From Squalus acanthias (Eukaryota): DNA of 64,000 nucleotides. Below, one piece after another: positions 1 through 11,624 of this stretch. The stretch's first letter is position 1. Every line of letters starts with the position of its first letter. Made by a program: the position numbers and the translations under genes. Under the pieces are notes generated by a model. The model searched no databases. It saw only the letters and a list, made by a program, of their open reading frames with translations, and was not told the origin of the DNA. The stretch spans positions 176,888,001 to 176,952,000 of the forward strand of contig CM059425.1 of NCBI GenBank assembly GCA_030390025.1, written 5' to 3'.

Positions 1-2010
1 CACCAAAGTGGATAACCTCACATTTATCCACATTGTACTTCATCTGCCATACATTTGCCCATTCACCCAACCTGTCCAAGTCACTCTGTAGCCTCCTAGC
101 ATCCTCCTCATTGTTCACACTGCCTCCCAATTTAGTGTCATCCGCAAATTTGGAGATATTACATTTAATCCCTTCGTCCAAATCATTAATATATAATGTA
201 AACAGCTGGGGTCCCAGCACCGAACCCTGCGGTACCCCGCTGGTCACTGCCTGCCATTCTGAAAAGTACCCATTTACTCCTACTCTTTGTTTCCTGTGTG
301 CCAACCAGTTCTCAATCCACGTCAACACATTACCCCCAATCCCATGTGCTTTAACTTTGCTCACCAATCTCTTGTGTGGGACCTTGTCGAAGGCCTTCTG
401 AAAGTCCAAATACACCACATCTACTGGTTCCCCCCTGTCCACCCTATTGGAAACATCCTCAAAAAATTCCAGAAGATTTGTCAAGCATGATTTCCCTTTC
501 ACAAATCCATGCTGACTTGGACCTATCATGTCGCCACTTTCCAAATGGTCTGTTATGACATCTTTAATAATTGCTTCCATCATTTTACCCACGACCGATG
601 TCAGGCTGACCGGTCTATAATTCCCTGCTTTCTCCCTCCCTCCTTTTTTAAAAAGAGGGGTTACATTGGCCACCCTCCACTCCATCGGAACTGATCCAGA
701 GTCTAAGGAATGTTGGAAAATGATCGTCAATGCATCCACTATTTCCAAGGCCACCTCCTTAAGTACTCTGGGATGCAGACCATCAGGCCCCGGGGATTTT
801 TCAGCCTTCAGTCCCATCAATTTCCCCAATACCTTTTCCCGACTAATAATGATTTCCCTCAGCTCCTCCCTCTTACCAGATCCTCTGACCCCTTTTATTT
901 CCGGCAGGTTGTGTGTGTCCTCCACAGTAAACACCGAACCAAAGTACTTGTTCAATTGATCTGCCATTTCCTTGTTCCCCATTACGACTTCCCCTGTTTC
1001 CGACTGCAGGGGACCTACGTTTGTTTTTACTAACCTCTTTCTTTTTACATATTTATAGAAGCTTTTGCAGTCCATTTTAATGTTCTCTGCAAGCTTCCTT
1101 TCATATTTTATTTTCCCTGCCCTAATCAAACCCTTCGTCCTCCTCTGCTGAGTTTTGAAGTTCTCCCAGTCCCCGGGTTTGCTGCTACTTCTGGCCAATT
1201 TGTATGCAATTTCCTTGGTTTTAATACTATCCCTGATTTCCCTTGTTAGCCATGGTTGAGCCACCTTCCCTTTTTTATTTTTATGCCAGACCGGGATGTA
1301 CAATTGTTGTAGTTCATCCATGCGATCTCTAAATGTCTGCCATTGCCCTTCCACTGATAGCCCCTTAAATATCGCTTGCCAATTTAACCTCGCCAATTCA
1401 CACCTCATACCCTCAAAGTTGCCCTTATTTAAGTTCTGGACCATGGTCTCTGACTTAACTGTTTCCTTCTCCATCCTAATGTAGAACTCCACCATACTAT
1501 GGTCACTCTTCCCCAGGGGGCCTCGTACCACAAGATTGCTGATTAGTCCCTCCTCATTACACAACACCCAGTCCAGGATGGCCTCCCCTCGAGTTGGTTC
1601 CTCAACATATTGGTTTAGGAAACCATCCCTTAAACACTCCAGGAAATCCTCCTCCACCGTATTGCTTCCAGTTTGAGTAGCCCAATCTATATGCATATTA
1701 AAGTCACCCATGATAACTGCCGTGCCTTTTTTGCACGCACCTCTGATTTCCTGTTTCATACCCTCCCCCACCTCACTACTGCTGTTTGGAGGTCTGTACA
1801 CAACTCCCACTAACGTTTTCTGCCCTTTGGTGTTCTGCAGCTCAACCCATATTGATTCCACATCCTCCAAGCTGATGTCCTTCCTAGCTATTGCATTAAT
1901 CTCCTCTTTAACCAGCAATGCTACCCCACCCCCTTTTCCTTTTATTCTATCCTTTCTGAATGTTGAATACCCCTGGATGTTCAGTTCCCAGCCTTGATTG
2001 TTCTGGAGCC
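1..2010 (-). mobile_element. CR1 LINE ORF2 (APE endonuclease + RT), 5'-truncated, continuing off the left edge
   Basis: Minus-strand translation QGWELNIQGYSTFRKDR..GGGVALL..VYRPP..MGDFN..SDH followed by RT sequence; antisense to the CR1 at 44417-47187. The ORF track has no terminated minus ORF here, which implies the frame stays open to the edge. Confidence 0.93.
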
Positions 2011-2701
2011 ACATGAGTTAATGACAGGAAGGATTATGAAAGGTATCGAGGCATTTATGGGTATGGACCTAAGTGAAATCCAGAAGACATCCCTGTCATC
2101 TGAAAAATACATGACTGATTTGGTGACGTATTTGGAAGCGGCAAAAATGACCACAGCCGTAAAAATGGGAAAAAGGCATCAGAAAAGTAAAGCCTATTTT
2201 GATGGGAAAACCCACCCCTGGGAAGTCAAGATAGGTGACCAGGTCATGGTTAAGATCCAAAGGGAGGGAACATTCCTGAGCCCAAAATATGCAGGACCCT
2301 TTAGAGTAATGGAAAAAGCTAGTCCGTCCATATATAAGATAATGGACGGACAAGGAAAGTACAAATGGCACCAGATCAATCAGTTAAAAACTTGCGGGAA
2401 AGTGGATAGTTTTCACCAGTACCATGCTTTAGATCCCCAGGGATTGGATGAAGGAAATGATGGTTCAGATGACGGTAACCAATCAGATAGGTCCGATCAG
2501 GACTCAACAGGTCTGGTGGACGGAGTAGGGAACCTGTTCCTAAATGACGAACGGGACCCAAATGAATCTCCTCCTAACTCACCAATAAGGGAGACAGCGA
2601 GTACCAAATTTCATGGCCGCCACTCACCAACTCCAGGGGTGGGCACGCCTACCTGGAATGGATCGCTCCTCAAAGACCCCTCGTTTACAAAGGGTGACTG
2701 A
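2010..2701 (+). pseudogene. pol: pol/integrase C-terminus with GPY/F (SH3-like) module and acidic tail
   Basis: PHELMTGRIM...KAYFD...IGDQVMVK...LSPKYAGPFRV...IYKI; the 5' part is cut by the CR1 insertion. Confidence 0.85.
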
Positions 2702-2777
2702 TATATAAGAAATAATTAATAAACTGTACATAAGAGCAGCTAGTATCTTGATCATGTTTGTATGTGTTTAGAAATGA

Positions 2778-2990
2778 ATGCCGGAAATAATTCCAGTCGA
2801 AACCTCAGACGACTATCGCAACCGCTATCAAAAATGGAGTGAGGAGCTGTTCTGGACCTTTTTCAATCTGGGACTTTTGATGTTCGGAACGTTCTTTATC
2901 CTATGGATCATCCATCAAATATGAAAGAATAAGGGATACCAACAGAACAACGAAGAAGGACAAGAGGAAATAGAGGCGGTTCGACAATGA
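2778..2990 (+). pseudogene. Putative small transmembrane accessory ORF between pol and env
   Basis: MPEIIPVETSDDYRNRYQKWSEELFWTFFNLGLLMFGTFFILWIIHQI*KNKGYQQNNEEGQEEIEAVRQ*; internal TGA at 2922; the final TGA (2988-2990) overlaps the env ATG (2987). Confidence 0.45.
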
Positions 2991-4711
2991 CGTGTTATAT
3001 AATAATAACTTGTGTACTTATGATGTGTAGAATTATACAGGGTACTGGGTGAACAGAAGGTGATTCTCACCTCCGGGGAAAAAGACTATAATAGCGCGAA
3101 TTGTATCACTGAGTTTAGTCACTGGAAGGCCCCTACCCACGGAAACCATGAATGTAGCTGTAGTGGGATGGCTAGGACATGCCATGAGACTAGCTATGCG
3201 GGGAACCTGACTAGGGTGTGTGTGACTTGCAGCCATACTAACCAAGGTAAACGTTATATAGTCTGGCAGGCAAAGGGCGAGAAGGGTGGAATATACACAG
3301 TATCGTCAGGAGCCAATCCACTAAGTAGACCAAATTGTACCATCGAGGGGAGAAAGGTATGTTGTCAGATGGATCCACAGGCAAAGAGTTTACACTTATT
3401 CGTGGGATGTAGTAGTAATAGGGCGGTGGGAAACCTGACTTCTAATGCAAGGGTCTCCCAGAGACCTAATTGCTCCTGCGAAAGTCAAGGGAAGATCATA
3501 GTTCATCAGCTCCCTTCCACCCCCACCCCAGGACCAACTACCACCCCTATGACCACTTCCCCATTACCACTCTCTCTGGCTCCTCCGAGAGAATGTCTCC
3601 AAGAAACGTTAGGACCAAAGGGAGGAGTTGTATTCAGAACCACTGGCAAGATTGTGTATGATAATGTACAGTATGCATTGGTACCCATCGTTTTGAATAT
3701 GTCAGATATCCAGCTGCCCGCCTGGTGTCCTACTAAACTGCAAGAAATTCACCGAGACTTGATTAAGGGGTTGCTCCAACAGGAAATAGGCAATAATACT
3801 GGGGGGAACCGTACCCAGGAAGGAACAAGTGAGAGCAAGAAGGAATGAAGTTAGCGGAGGTTAAGAATATAGGGATAATACAGGAAGGAATATGGATGAA
3901 GTTTGATAATCTGTTACCATATGCTGTCGAACTAGATGGTACCCTGGTCGGTACCACCCTAAATCAATGTCAACAAACTGACCCAACGGTAATATGCCCC
4001 TATAAGATTTATCCAACTAACGCGGCAAGATGTGGGTTCAATGGGATCAAAACCCTAAATTGTACGCTGGTAGTGGAATCTACCACTGGAAGAATCGTGA
4101 GAACCGGCTATCAGGGAAATGGAACTTACTGTTTTACCACAACCGAGGTCAGCTATCACTATGGGAACAGGGAATGTCCCATTGAAACCCCGACTTTCTG
4201 TCTGCACCCTTTAATACCTATGAGATTGGGTAATGAAGAAATTATCGATATTGAGCGAAGAGAAACGGTTCAGATTAATGTGGCTGACAGCCTGAAAGGA
4301 AACTTGGAGAATTACTTTGGAAAATATGACATCAGTATCCAATTAGAGGAGGAACATTTGATTAGGATCAAGCATCAGCTTGAACTGGTACATCAGACTT
4401 ACATACGAGTGGAACAGAACACAAAGGAAATTGGCAAGGACAGAAAGAGCATCAAGATAGACACATGGTGGGATGAAATATGGAATTGGGGTACAAATGT
4501 CAATATACACCCATGGATTAGAATATTCTCACACATTACAGTTATTCTAAATACTGTAATATTCCTGTGTCTGTGTGTCACCTGGAGAAGTATGATGCGA
4601 TTGGAAAAAAGATTGAAGAGGCGTCTCGAAATGATGGAAATGGGGCAAGTGATGAAGATGGAAGACCGGAGGAGGCTACTAACTACGAAAGGTGATCAAT
4701 ATAATCTATGA
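2987..4711 (+). pseudogene. env: env, F-type class I fusion glycoprotein, frameshifted and internally deleted
   Basis: Signal peptide MTCYIIITCVLMMCRIIQG (2987, different frame from ORF 3060); Cys-rich N-domain; P/T linker; GVVFRTTGKIV..VPIVLN; +1-frame furin site EQVRARR (about 3823-3843); Cys-rich C..CPY..C..C..YC..C..FC; heptad; WWDEIWNW; TM. Confidence 0.8.
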
Positions 4712-4733
4712 TTAAAATGATCAAAGGGAGGAG

Positions 4734-5530
4734 TGTAGAAATATGAACTGGTGCCTTTAGAAAATGGTCGAGGACTGCGAAAACTGCAGCCAGTGAGACC
4801 TCAAATAAACAAAAACTTGAAGCTGGGGCCTAGGGCTGCTCAAATAACATCGTTAACAGGCCTGCAAGAGATGACAAGCTTGCAGGATGATCGAGTCTAC
4901 AACAATAATTAACTCAAGATAAGGGTGACAATCTAGTCTAACGGTTGAGCAGTCGCAAATCACATAATAAGGGACCTCTAGAATTCCCTAAATGACCAAG
5001 GATACTGATTGGCTAAGGATGAACACATCTCAGACAAAATGGCCGAATCTGCACACGGCACGCCTTGACCATTCTGTTGTGATGATCACAGAAGCTGAGC
5101 TAACTGTCAAGAGGTCTCATGACTGATTAGAGCAACCTTGTGCAAAGGTCTTATCGGGGGGGCGGCACATAGGTAGTAAAATATAGATATAAAAGAAGGG
5201 AGCCCAGAGCTAGTTGAGCAGCGAGAACCTGGCAGCGAGAACCTAGGAATCACACTCGAGAAGGGAGGAGCCACAAGTCCGGGACTTGTTGTAGGACACC
5301 AGTGCAGAGGCTGATCAATTTTCAAACGGGTAATATTGTTTTAAGCTAGCACACAGGGAAGTGAGTCCCGTGTCATTTGCCTTGTAAGTTATGCAAACAA
5401 CTTGTTAACCAATAAAGTACTGAATGTATGCAACTTCCTGAGTCCGACCGACATTTGACACTCTGAACTAAGAACCATAATTGTTGAACTGTTGTTGAGC
5501 TGACTACTTATTATTAGCTCAATAGATACA
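4734..5530 (+). repeat. 3' LTR (about 800 bp)
   Basis: Starts TGTA immediately after the PPT; GC box near 5156; TATAAAA 5188-5194; AATAAA 5411-5416; TACA end at 5530 is inferred. Confidence 0.7.
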
Positions 5531-6001
5531 GTGAATTTGGGACAACACAGTTTAGAGAAGCTACTGGTTAAGGGAACATTTCTCAATCAGCTGGGAGCTT
5601 TGACTTGACATTTGAAGCTGTCAACTCATCAGCTGATTCAATGGCCACTGACCTCCTGCCTCAGCTTCACAGATGAGGTCTAGGCACAGCGGGAAACCGA
5701 TGGGCGACCTGTCAAATCCAAAAAGCTGGGGAAAACACATTGATAAGTGGCTGTTAGCAAGCCAGTAATGATTTTAATTGCCTCCCCCGCCGCTGCCTGT
5801 CGGGTCTGCTGAGCGCTGATAGACCCGACATCGGGAAAGTCCAGTGTGCGCGTTTTGACAGCGGGTTCCCGACTCGCTGTCAATCATTTTAGATTTAACA
5901 GCTGACCCGCCACCCATCCCGTCCAAAATTTCGGCCTAAGAATCTACCCTGTATACAGTTTACAAACAATGACTTGCAATGTTGTAACAAAGGGATATAA
6001 T

Positions 6002-6755
6002 GGGCAGAAATTCGGCTCTCCGGCTTCCCGTGGGTGCAAGGATCGCGCACGTACTTACCTACCGCGCCTGCCGTTGTGCTTCGGGCCCGCGTGGACTTCG
6101 GGTCCTGGGCCTCCTCCAGCTGCTGGCACGCAGTGCTTGCGTATCCCAGGGGTGCAGTTAGTTCGAAACGTCCCTTGGGATCACGTGGGCCATGGAGAGC
6201 CAATCGGAGCAGGGAATCTCCATTCATAGATTTGACAGGAAGACCTGTCAAATCTATGAATAGAGATCGGCCCCAAAACCTCACTTAAAACTTCAAATAA
6301 ATTTTAAAAAACATCACATTTTTAAAATAACTATAAATTACATAAATTAACTACTTTAAACAAAAATTTAAATTTTTGAAAAAATTAATTACACTTTTTA
6401 ACGGTGCTAAAAATAAACTTACCTTTCTTTAAAGTATGTAAAAAAGATAAACCTGTTGAAAAAATGTTTAAATTGTACTTAATTCACCACTTACCTTGTT
6501 AAAAGCAGGCCTTGCGCCTCCTTTTTTCCCCGCGCAGCTTCTCCGTACTTACCCTCACTCCAAAACCTGTAAAAAAAACTGAAAGTTCGCTGCGTGTGCG
6601 CTGCCTCTCCGGCGCACGCGGTTGACCCTCGAACCCCTTCTTTCACGAGACCGGAAGTTCCGGTTTCCCGTGCATGCGTGAAACCGGCACTTCCGGTGGC
6701 CCTACGGGTGAGTACACAGCGCGTACTCACCCGTGGAGACCCGAATTTCTGCCCC
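6002..6755. mobile_element. PIF/Harbinger-like MITE (type A)
   Basis: TIR GGGCAGAAATTCGG...CCGAATTTCTGCCC; internal hairpin 6216-6267; AT-rich centre. Confidence 0.8.
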
Positions 6756-6794
6756 AATATTTAAATTGTTCTGATGTAATCCTCTAACAGTAAT

Positions 6795-6826
<32 letters not shown>
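6795..6826. repeat. (TA)n(CA)n microsatellite
   Basis: Read directly from the sequence. Confidence 0.9.
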
Positions 6827-6885
6827 TTGTAGTAAGAGCTGATAATTCTGAAAGCATCTTGCTTATAAAATTACATAGACTCAAT

Positions 6886-7649
6886 GGCCCAGAAATTAAA
6901 CATTGATGGTTCCCGCGGGGGTAAGGATTCCCCGCGATATCGCACTCCGCGCCTACCTTTTTGTTTCGGGCCCACACGAACTTCAGTTTCAGGGCCTCTC
7001 CCTGTTGCAACTGTGCAGTGCTTACGTGTCCCAGAGGCGCAATTAGTTCGTGCGAGCTCTGGGATCACGTGATTCAGTTAGAGCCAATGGCAGCACACCA
7101 TCTTTCATTCATAGTTTTGACAGCAAGAGCTGTCAAAGCTATGAATACTACAAGCCCCCAAAAGAACAGCTAAACCTCAATTAAATTTTAAAAAAAGCCA
7201 TCACATTAATAAAATAACTATAGTTAAATAAATTAACCACTTTAAACAAAAAATTAAATTTTTGAAAAAATTTAAAATCTTTTTAAAAGTTATAAAAATA
7301 AACTTACCTTTCTTTAAAGTCTCTAAAAAAGATAAACCTGTTGAAAAAAATTTAAAATAACACTTAATTAACTACTTACCTTGTTAAAAGGGGGTCCTAC
7401 GCCTGCTTTCTTTATGTGTAAAATCTTCACCACTTACCTGCGCGTTCAAACCTGAAAAAAAAACTAAGTGCACTGCGTGCGCACAACCTGTAGTGCACAC
7501 GCGGTTCACTTAGGAACCGCCCCCTTTGCAATACACGAAGTGCCGGTTTCCTGCGCATGCGCAGTGCATGCAGGAAACCGGCAATTCGGGACCTAATACG
7601 CGAGAGTACACAGTGCGTACTCTCGCGTATTAGGTCTAATTTTCGGGCC
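6886..7649. mobile_element. PIF/Harbinger-like MITE (type B), homologous to the adjacent type A copy
   Basis: TIR GGCCCAGAAATT...AATTTTCGGGCC; colinear with 6002-6755; hairpins at 7541-7583 and 7590-7636. Confidence 0.8.
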
Positions 7650-9111
7650 TATATGAATATTATGGACAAAACAAGAGCCCTGAATTTCCTTGGACTTTCT
7701 GCTGTAACTGAGGAAAGTGTGGTGGAAATTCCCTAAGCCAGATATTAACGTACAAATATGTTAATAGCAGAATCGAGATGTGCTCACACAGACTTGAACC
7801 AATAATAATTCCTTTGTGACCAATGAACTCAAGAAATATTCTTGGATTTCCTCACTCACGACTGTGGCTGGCATACGGTTTCCTTCTCATGACTGTCTAA
7901 TTTCCAGACCAGACCTAGGTTTAACATTTAGAATCCCAGCACCTGAGGGTTTTGTTGAATTAAACCTGCCCCAACAGAAACTTGTAGAAGATTAGGTGGA
8001 GGTGGGGGAACAATGGTGGGTTCCTGTAGTCTCTCAGCAGGAGTGTGCGTAATCACATTGCTATCCTCGTCACATGTTGTTTCGCTAACAGGCTTACTGT
8101 GGTTCTCCTCTTGTGTTTCATAACCTCTACAGTGCTCAAAGAATTAATATTTCATGACATTTGTCAATTCTTGCCTAGTTCAAGGGACTCTCACTGTTTT
8201 GTGGAAGAAGAAATTCTAGCCAATTTCTGTGAAAACAAATACCCCCGTCTTCATTAATTTCAAAGGATGTGTTATTTTATGTCACTGGTTTTCTATAAAA
8301 AAACACCTCACTGTTTGTAATAATCTGACTTTGGCAATATTGAATAATTATTTTTTGCATTTTTAAAAATACACTCGAGGTTTTTTAAACTCATTGTAGT
8401 CTGAAATTTTTGACCTTTTTGGAAATTAGGTGATGCAACAAGGTGGAACCAGAGATACTGCAACAAGGACAAATGCCACACAAATTCAGTCCTGATGGTT
8501 GCTGGGAACATAGAAAGGCTTGGAGAAATTTTATTGGGATATTAATGGGCAGATCACAGATATCTCATGGGCCAATGCATGCTCCAGCAACGCTAGGTTA
8601 ACAAGTGATGGTTAGATAGGCACATGCATTTCAGCACAGAAGAGACAGGGATCCAGGTGATAACATTATTCAGGGCAGAGGTCCACAAGCAGGAAAGGTG
8701 ATGTGCAAAGCTTTTTCACCAGTATTCCATGTGGAATTGAACCTCTGGCCCAGACTGGATGCTACAGTACTCCAAACACTTTAATGATTCGAATAAAATT
8801 CCATACAGATGCTCTCCCCTATAGTGATCATTCTGTTTAAACTCTCCAAAGTCATCCTTTTAATAATGCTATGTACAATTGTGCCATATGCATAGCCACA
8901 GTGAGAACATGCAAAAATTGCACAGGCAAATGTTTCAAAAAATATTTTTAACAATATTTTTACCTTACCACTGCACTCTCAGTACAAAGAGAAGTGAGAG
9001 AGCTTGGACAAGTGCATTTGGTTAGTTCATTGCTTTTTTAGCAACCAATTTTGCACCCCTGATGTAGAAATGGATTTGTTTTACTCGAAAGAGGGCAAAA
9101 CCGAATGTAAT

Positions 9112-10505
9112 GGTCCCGATTTTGCAGTCAGTGGCAAATGAACGGCGCTCACCGTTAATTACGCTTACACTTGCCCACAGACCTTCTATGGGCTTTTGCA
9201 CTGGAACTTGTGGTTATTAGAAATGCAAAACTGTGTGGCGCCCTCTACAGGGATCTGGGACCTGTATGAACAGGGAAAGCAAAGGTGTGTCTCCTTAACC
9301 AATCAGATTGAAGAATCCTCATTGAGGCGCGCTGGCCTGGATATTAACAGGGGCGAGTTGTGTAGGCGGGCGAGGGGGTGGAGTTTTGGACAGGAATCCC
9401 GGAAGTCCGTGTTTCCCCGCACGCTGTGAAGTTTTAACTCCATAGCTTGCGTCTTTTCTCCTCGACAGGTTCCCTGCCGGAATTCAGCCTGATTGACAGG
9501 CTTGGCTTCCAGTTGGGCGGGGAGCACTCCAGAGTAGGCCGCACGTAGTGGGGGAGGGTCCGGTCTCGGGGGTGTTGGGGCAGGGGTGGTGTCCGATCCC
9601 CGCTCCCAGGGGTCTTTGTATGGAGGGGGTTCTGATGAGGGGGGAGCACTCCTGCTCCTCCTGGCCCACAAGCAGTGCTGTAAAGGCACTTGCCTTCTCC
9701 CTGAAGCTGTCCTTGCCTCCCTTCAGCTGTCGGGTTTCTCCAGGCCTGAGGAAACCTGGCTGGCCAGGGTTAAACCTGCGAAGCACGTTAAATCAGAGGC
9801 TGCCAGGCTCATTAAAATATTTCAATTGCCAACCCGCCTCCTGGGAGCTGGTTGGCAGCCTGACCCTTGTCCCACCTCTGTTAAACTTGGAAGTGGGTGG
9901 GTTGGAGGCGGGTTGGAGATTTCTAAAATCTGACCCGACCCAAGCCCACCCATTTTTGGGTGTTAAAATTCAGCCCACAGAGTCTAAACCAGGAAGCATA
10001 AGTTAGAATAATTAATTCAATGTCAAATCATGTACAGAAAGCAAAATAGAGGGAAAGAAAGATGGGATTAAGAGAGAGAGAGATAAAAGAGGCAGAAAGG
10101 CAAAGTTTAAAAAAATTATTTACATTTTTAATTTTTTTTTAATCTCCAACAATAACTCAAATCTGAAGTTCATTTTCAGTGCCAGAGAGGTTGATTTATA
10201 ATAATTAAGTCTTATCATGCTGTTAAAAGTTCACTTACACCTGAATGCACAAGCCTAACTTTTTCTGGCGTGTTTAGTGGGTAACTAATGGGTAAGTACA
10301 GCAACTTCACGCCCTTCATGTGTTTGAATGCCGAGTCTCTCAGTGAGGTAGTGGTGGAGCGAAGCCTGTGGAGGAGCAGGGCAACTCGGACAGTAATTTC
10401 TGGATTTCCGCATTTAACTGCGCATGTGCGGACACCGGAAGTTGATGTCCAATTTACTCTTTAATAATGGCGAGCGTTGAAAGCCTCACCATTATGTCTA
10501 TTGCA
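9112..10505. mobile_element. MITE containing a nested second MITE (9334-9976)
   Basis: The outer element matches the uninterrupted reverse copy at 32552-33285; the inner element has TIRs GGCCTGGATATTAAC...GTTAAAATTCAGCCC and resembles 62358-63020. Confidence 0.75.
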
Positions 10506-11114
10506 CTCGAAACATAAACTTGCCTGTTCTTTCCACACATGCTGACTGACTGGTTAAGTGTTTCCAGCATTCTCTGGTTTTTGTTTCAGAATTACAGCAT
10601 TAGCCATATTTTGCTTTTTACCCAAATATAATAAATTGGGTATAGGTCATCACATTGCGTTCTTGCAAGCAAACTAAAAGATTTGCCAAATACCTGGTCA
10701 TGAAGACAGCACCTGTTATGGGGTTAAGAGTGTACTCCACTGAGCAATCCTGATATGTTTGGACAAAGATGCCTAGAAAACCAGGAACTTTCATCTGTCA
10801 TTATGGAGCAGACACTTGCCTCTATTATTTAAATGACCCTGTCACTGGTACTTGAGAGGGACTAATGGGACTTAAAGGGACCGATTATTAAGCTGCAACC
10901 ATCAAGGTAAGCTTTTAAAAAGTACTTACTCGAATGTGGAACTGGGAGGAGCAGGAGTGCTACACACTCCGTCAATTGCGGACGCTACCATTCCTTCCCC
11001 ATCTCCCTTCCCGTTCACTTCCCCCCATTCCCGGTCGCCTTCCCTTTCCCTACTTACCTGAGGGCTGCTGCGATGCCAGCAGTGGCTCGATCTCAAACCT
11101 GCCTCCCCTGGGGA

Positions 11115-11624
11115 CTGTCCATTGCACTCGGCAGCTCGTCCACTCGATGTAAATGAGGCCTGAGGCCCACTATCGGGAGTGCCTTGGGCCTCACCAGATA
11201 CAGGGAACAATTCCCCTGCACACCCAAAGATGGGCGCGTGCGAATTTCTAGGCCAGAGTCTCTTCAGCCTATGGCCATTTCTTGTCCATTTTACAACATT
11301 TTATTCTCAACTATTTCTTGTTGAGCTTGAGGAGTTAGAGCCCTCGGCATAGGGAGTAGCTGCCACCTGGCTCCATCCCTGGCCATTATTTGTCTAGTAA
11401 AGGGCAGACAGAAGTTCCACCCCATTACAAGGCATTGAGGAAACTGCCGGAAACAGCAGAGGACTCGCTGGAGGAACCCCCGAGAATATTCAACTCTTAA
11501 GAGTCATCCTCTGAAAATAACATTACTCTGCCAGGTCACTGAGTGTAAGAGCTTCGCTGTAATACCTCATCATTTTAACACCAGGCATTCCAGGGATTAA
11601 GCAAACTCAAAGTAGAAACTGTTA
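11115..11624 (+). repeat. Source copy of a ~510-bp local duplication
   Basis: Near-identical to 20696-21210. Confidence 0.92.

Larger units (their letters stand above)
2010..5530 (+). mobile_element. Endogenous LTR retroelement 3' half (integrase end, small ORF, env, PPT, 3' LTR); lokiretrovirus-like
   Basis: Gene order int-env-PPT(4723-4733 AAAGGGAGGAG)-TGTA; integrase GPY/F module; env with heptad, W-rich segment and TM. Confidence 0.88.

Noticed and set aside
33..1997. Plus-strand ORFs
   Set aside because: Antisense shadows of CR1 ORF2.
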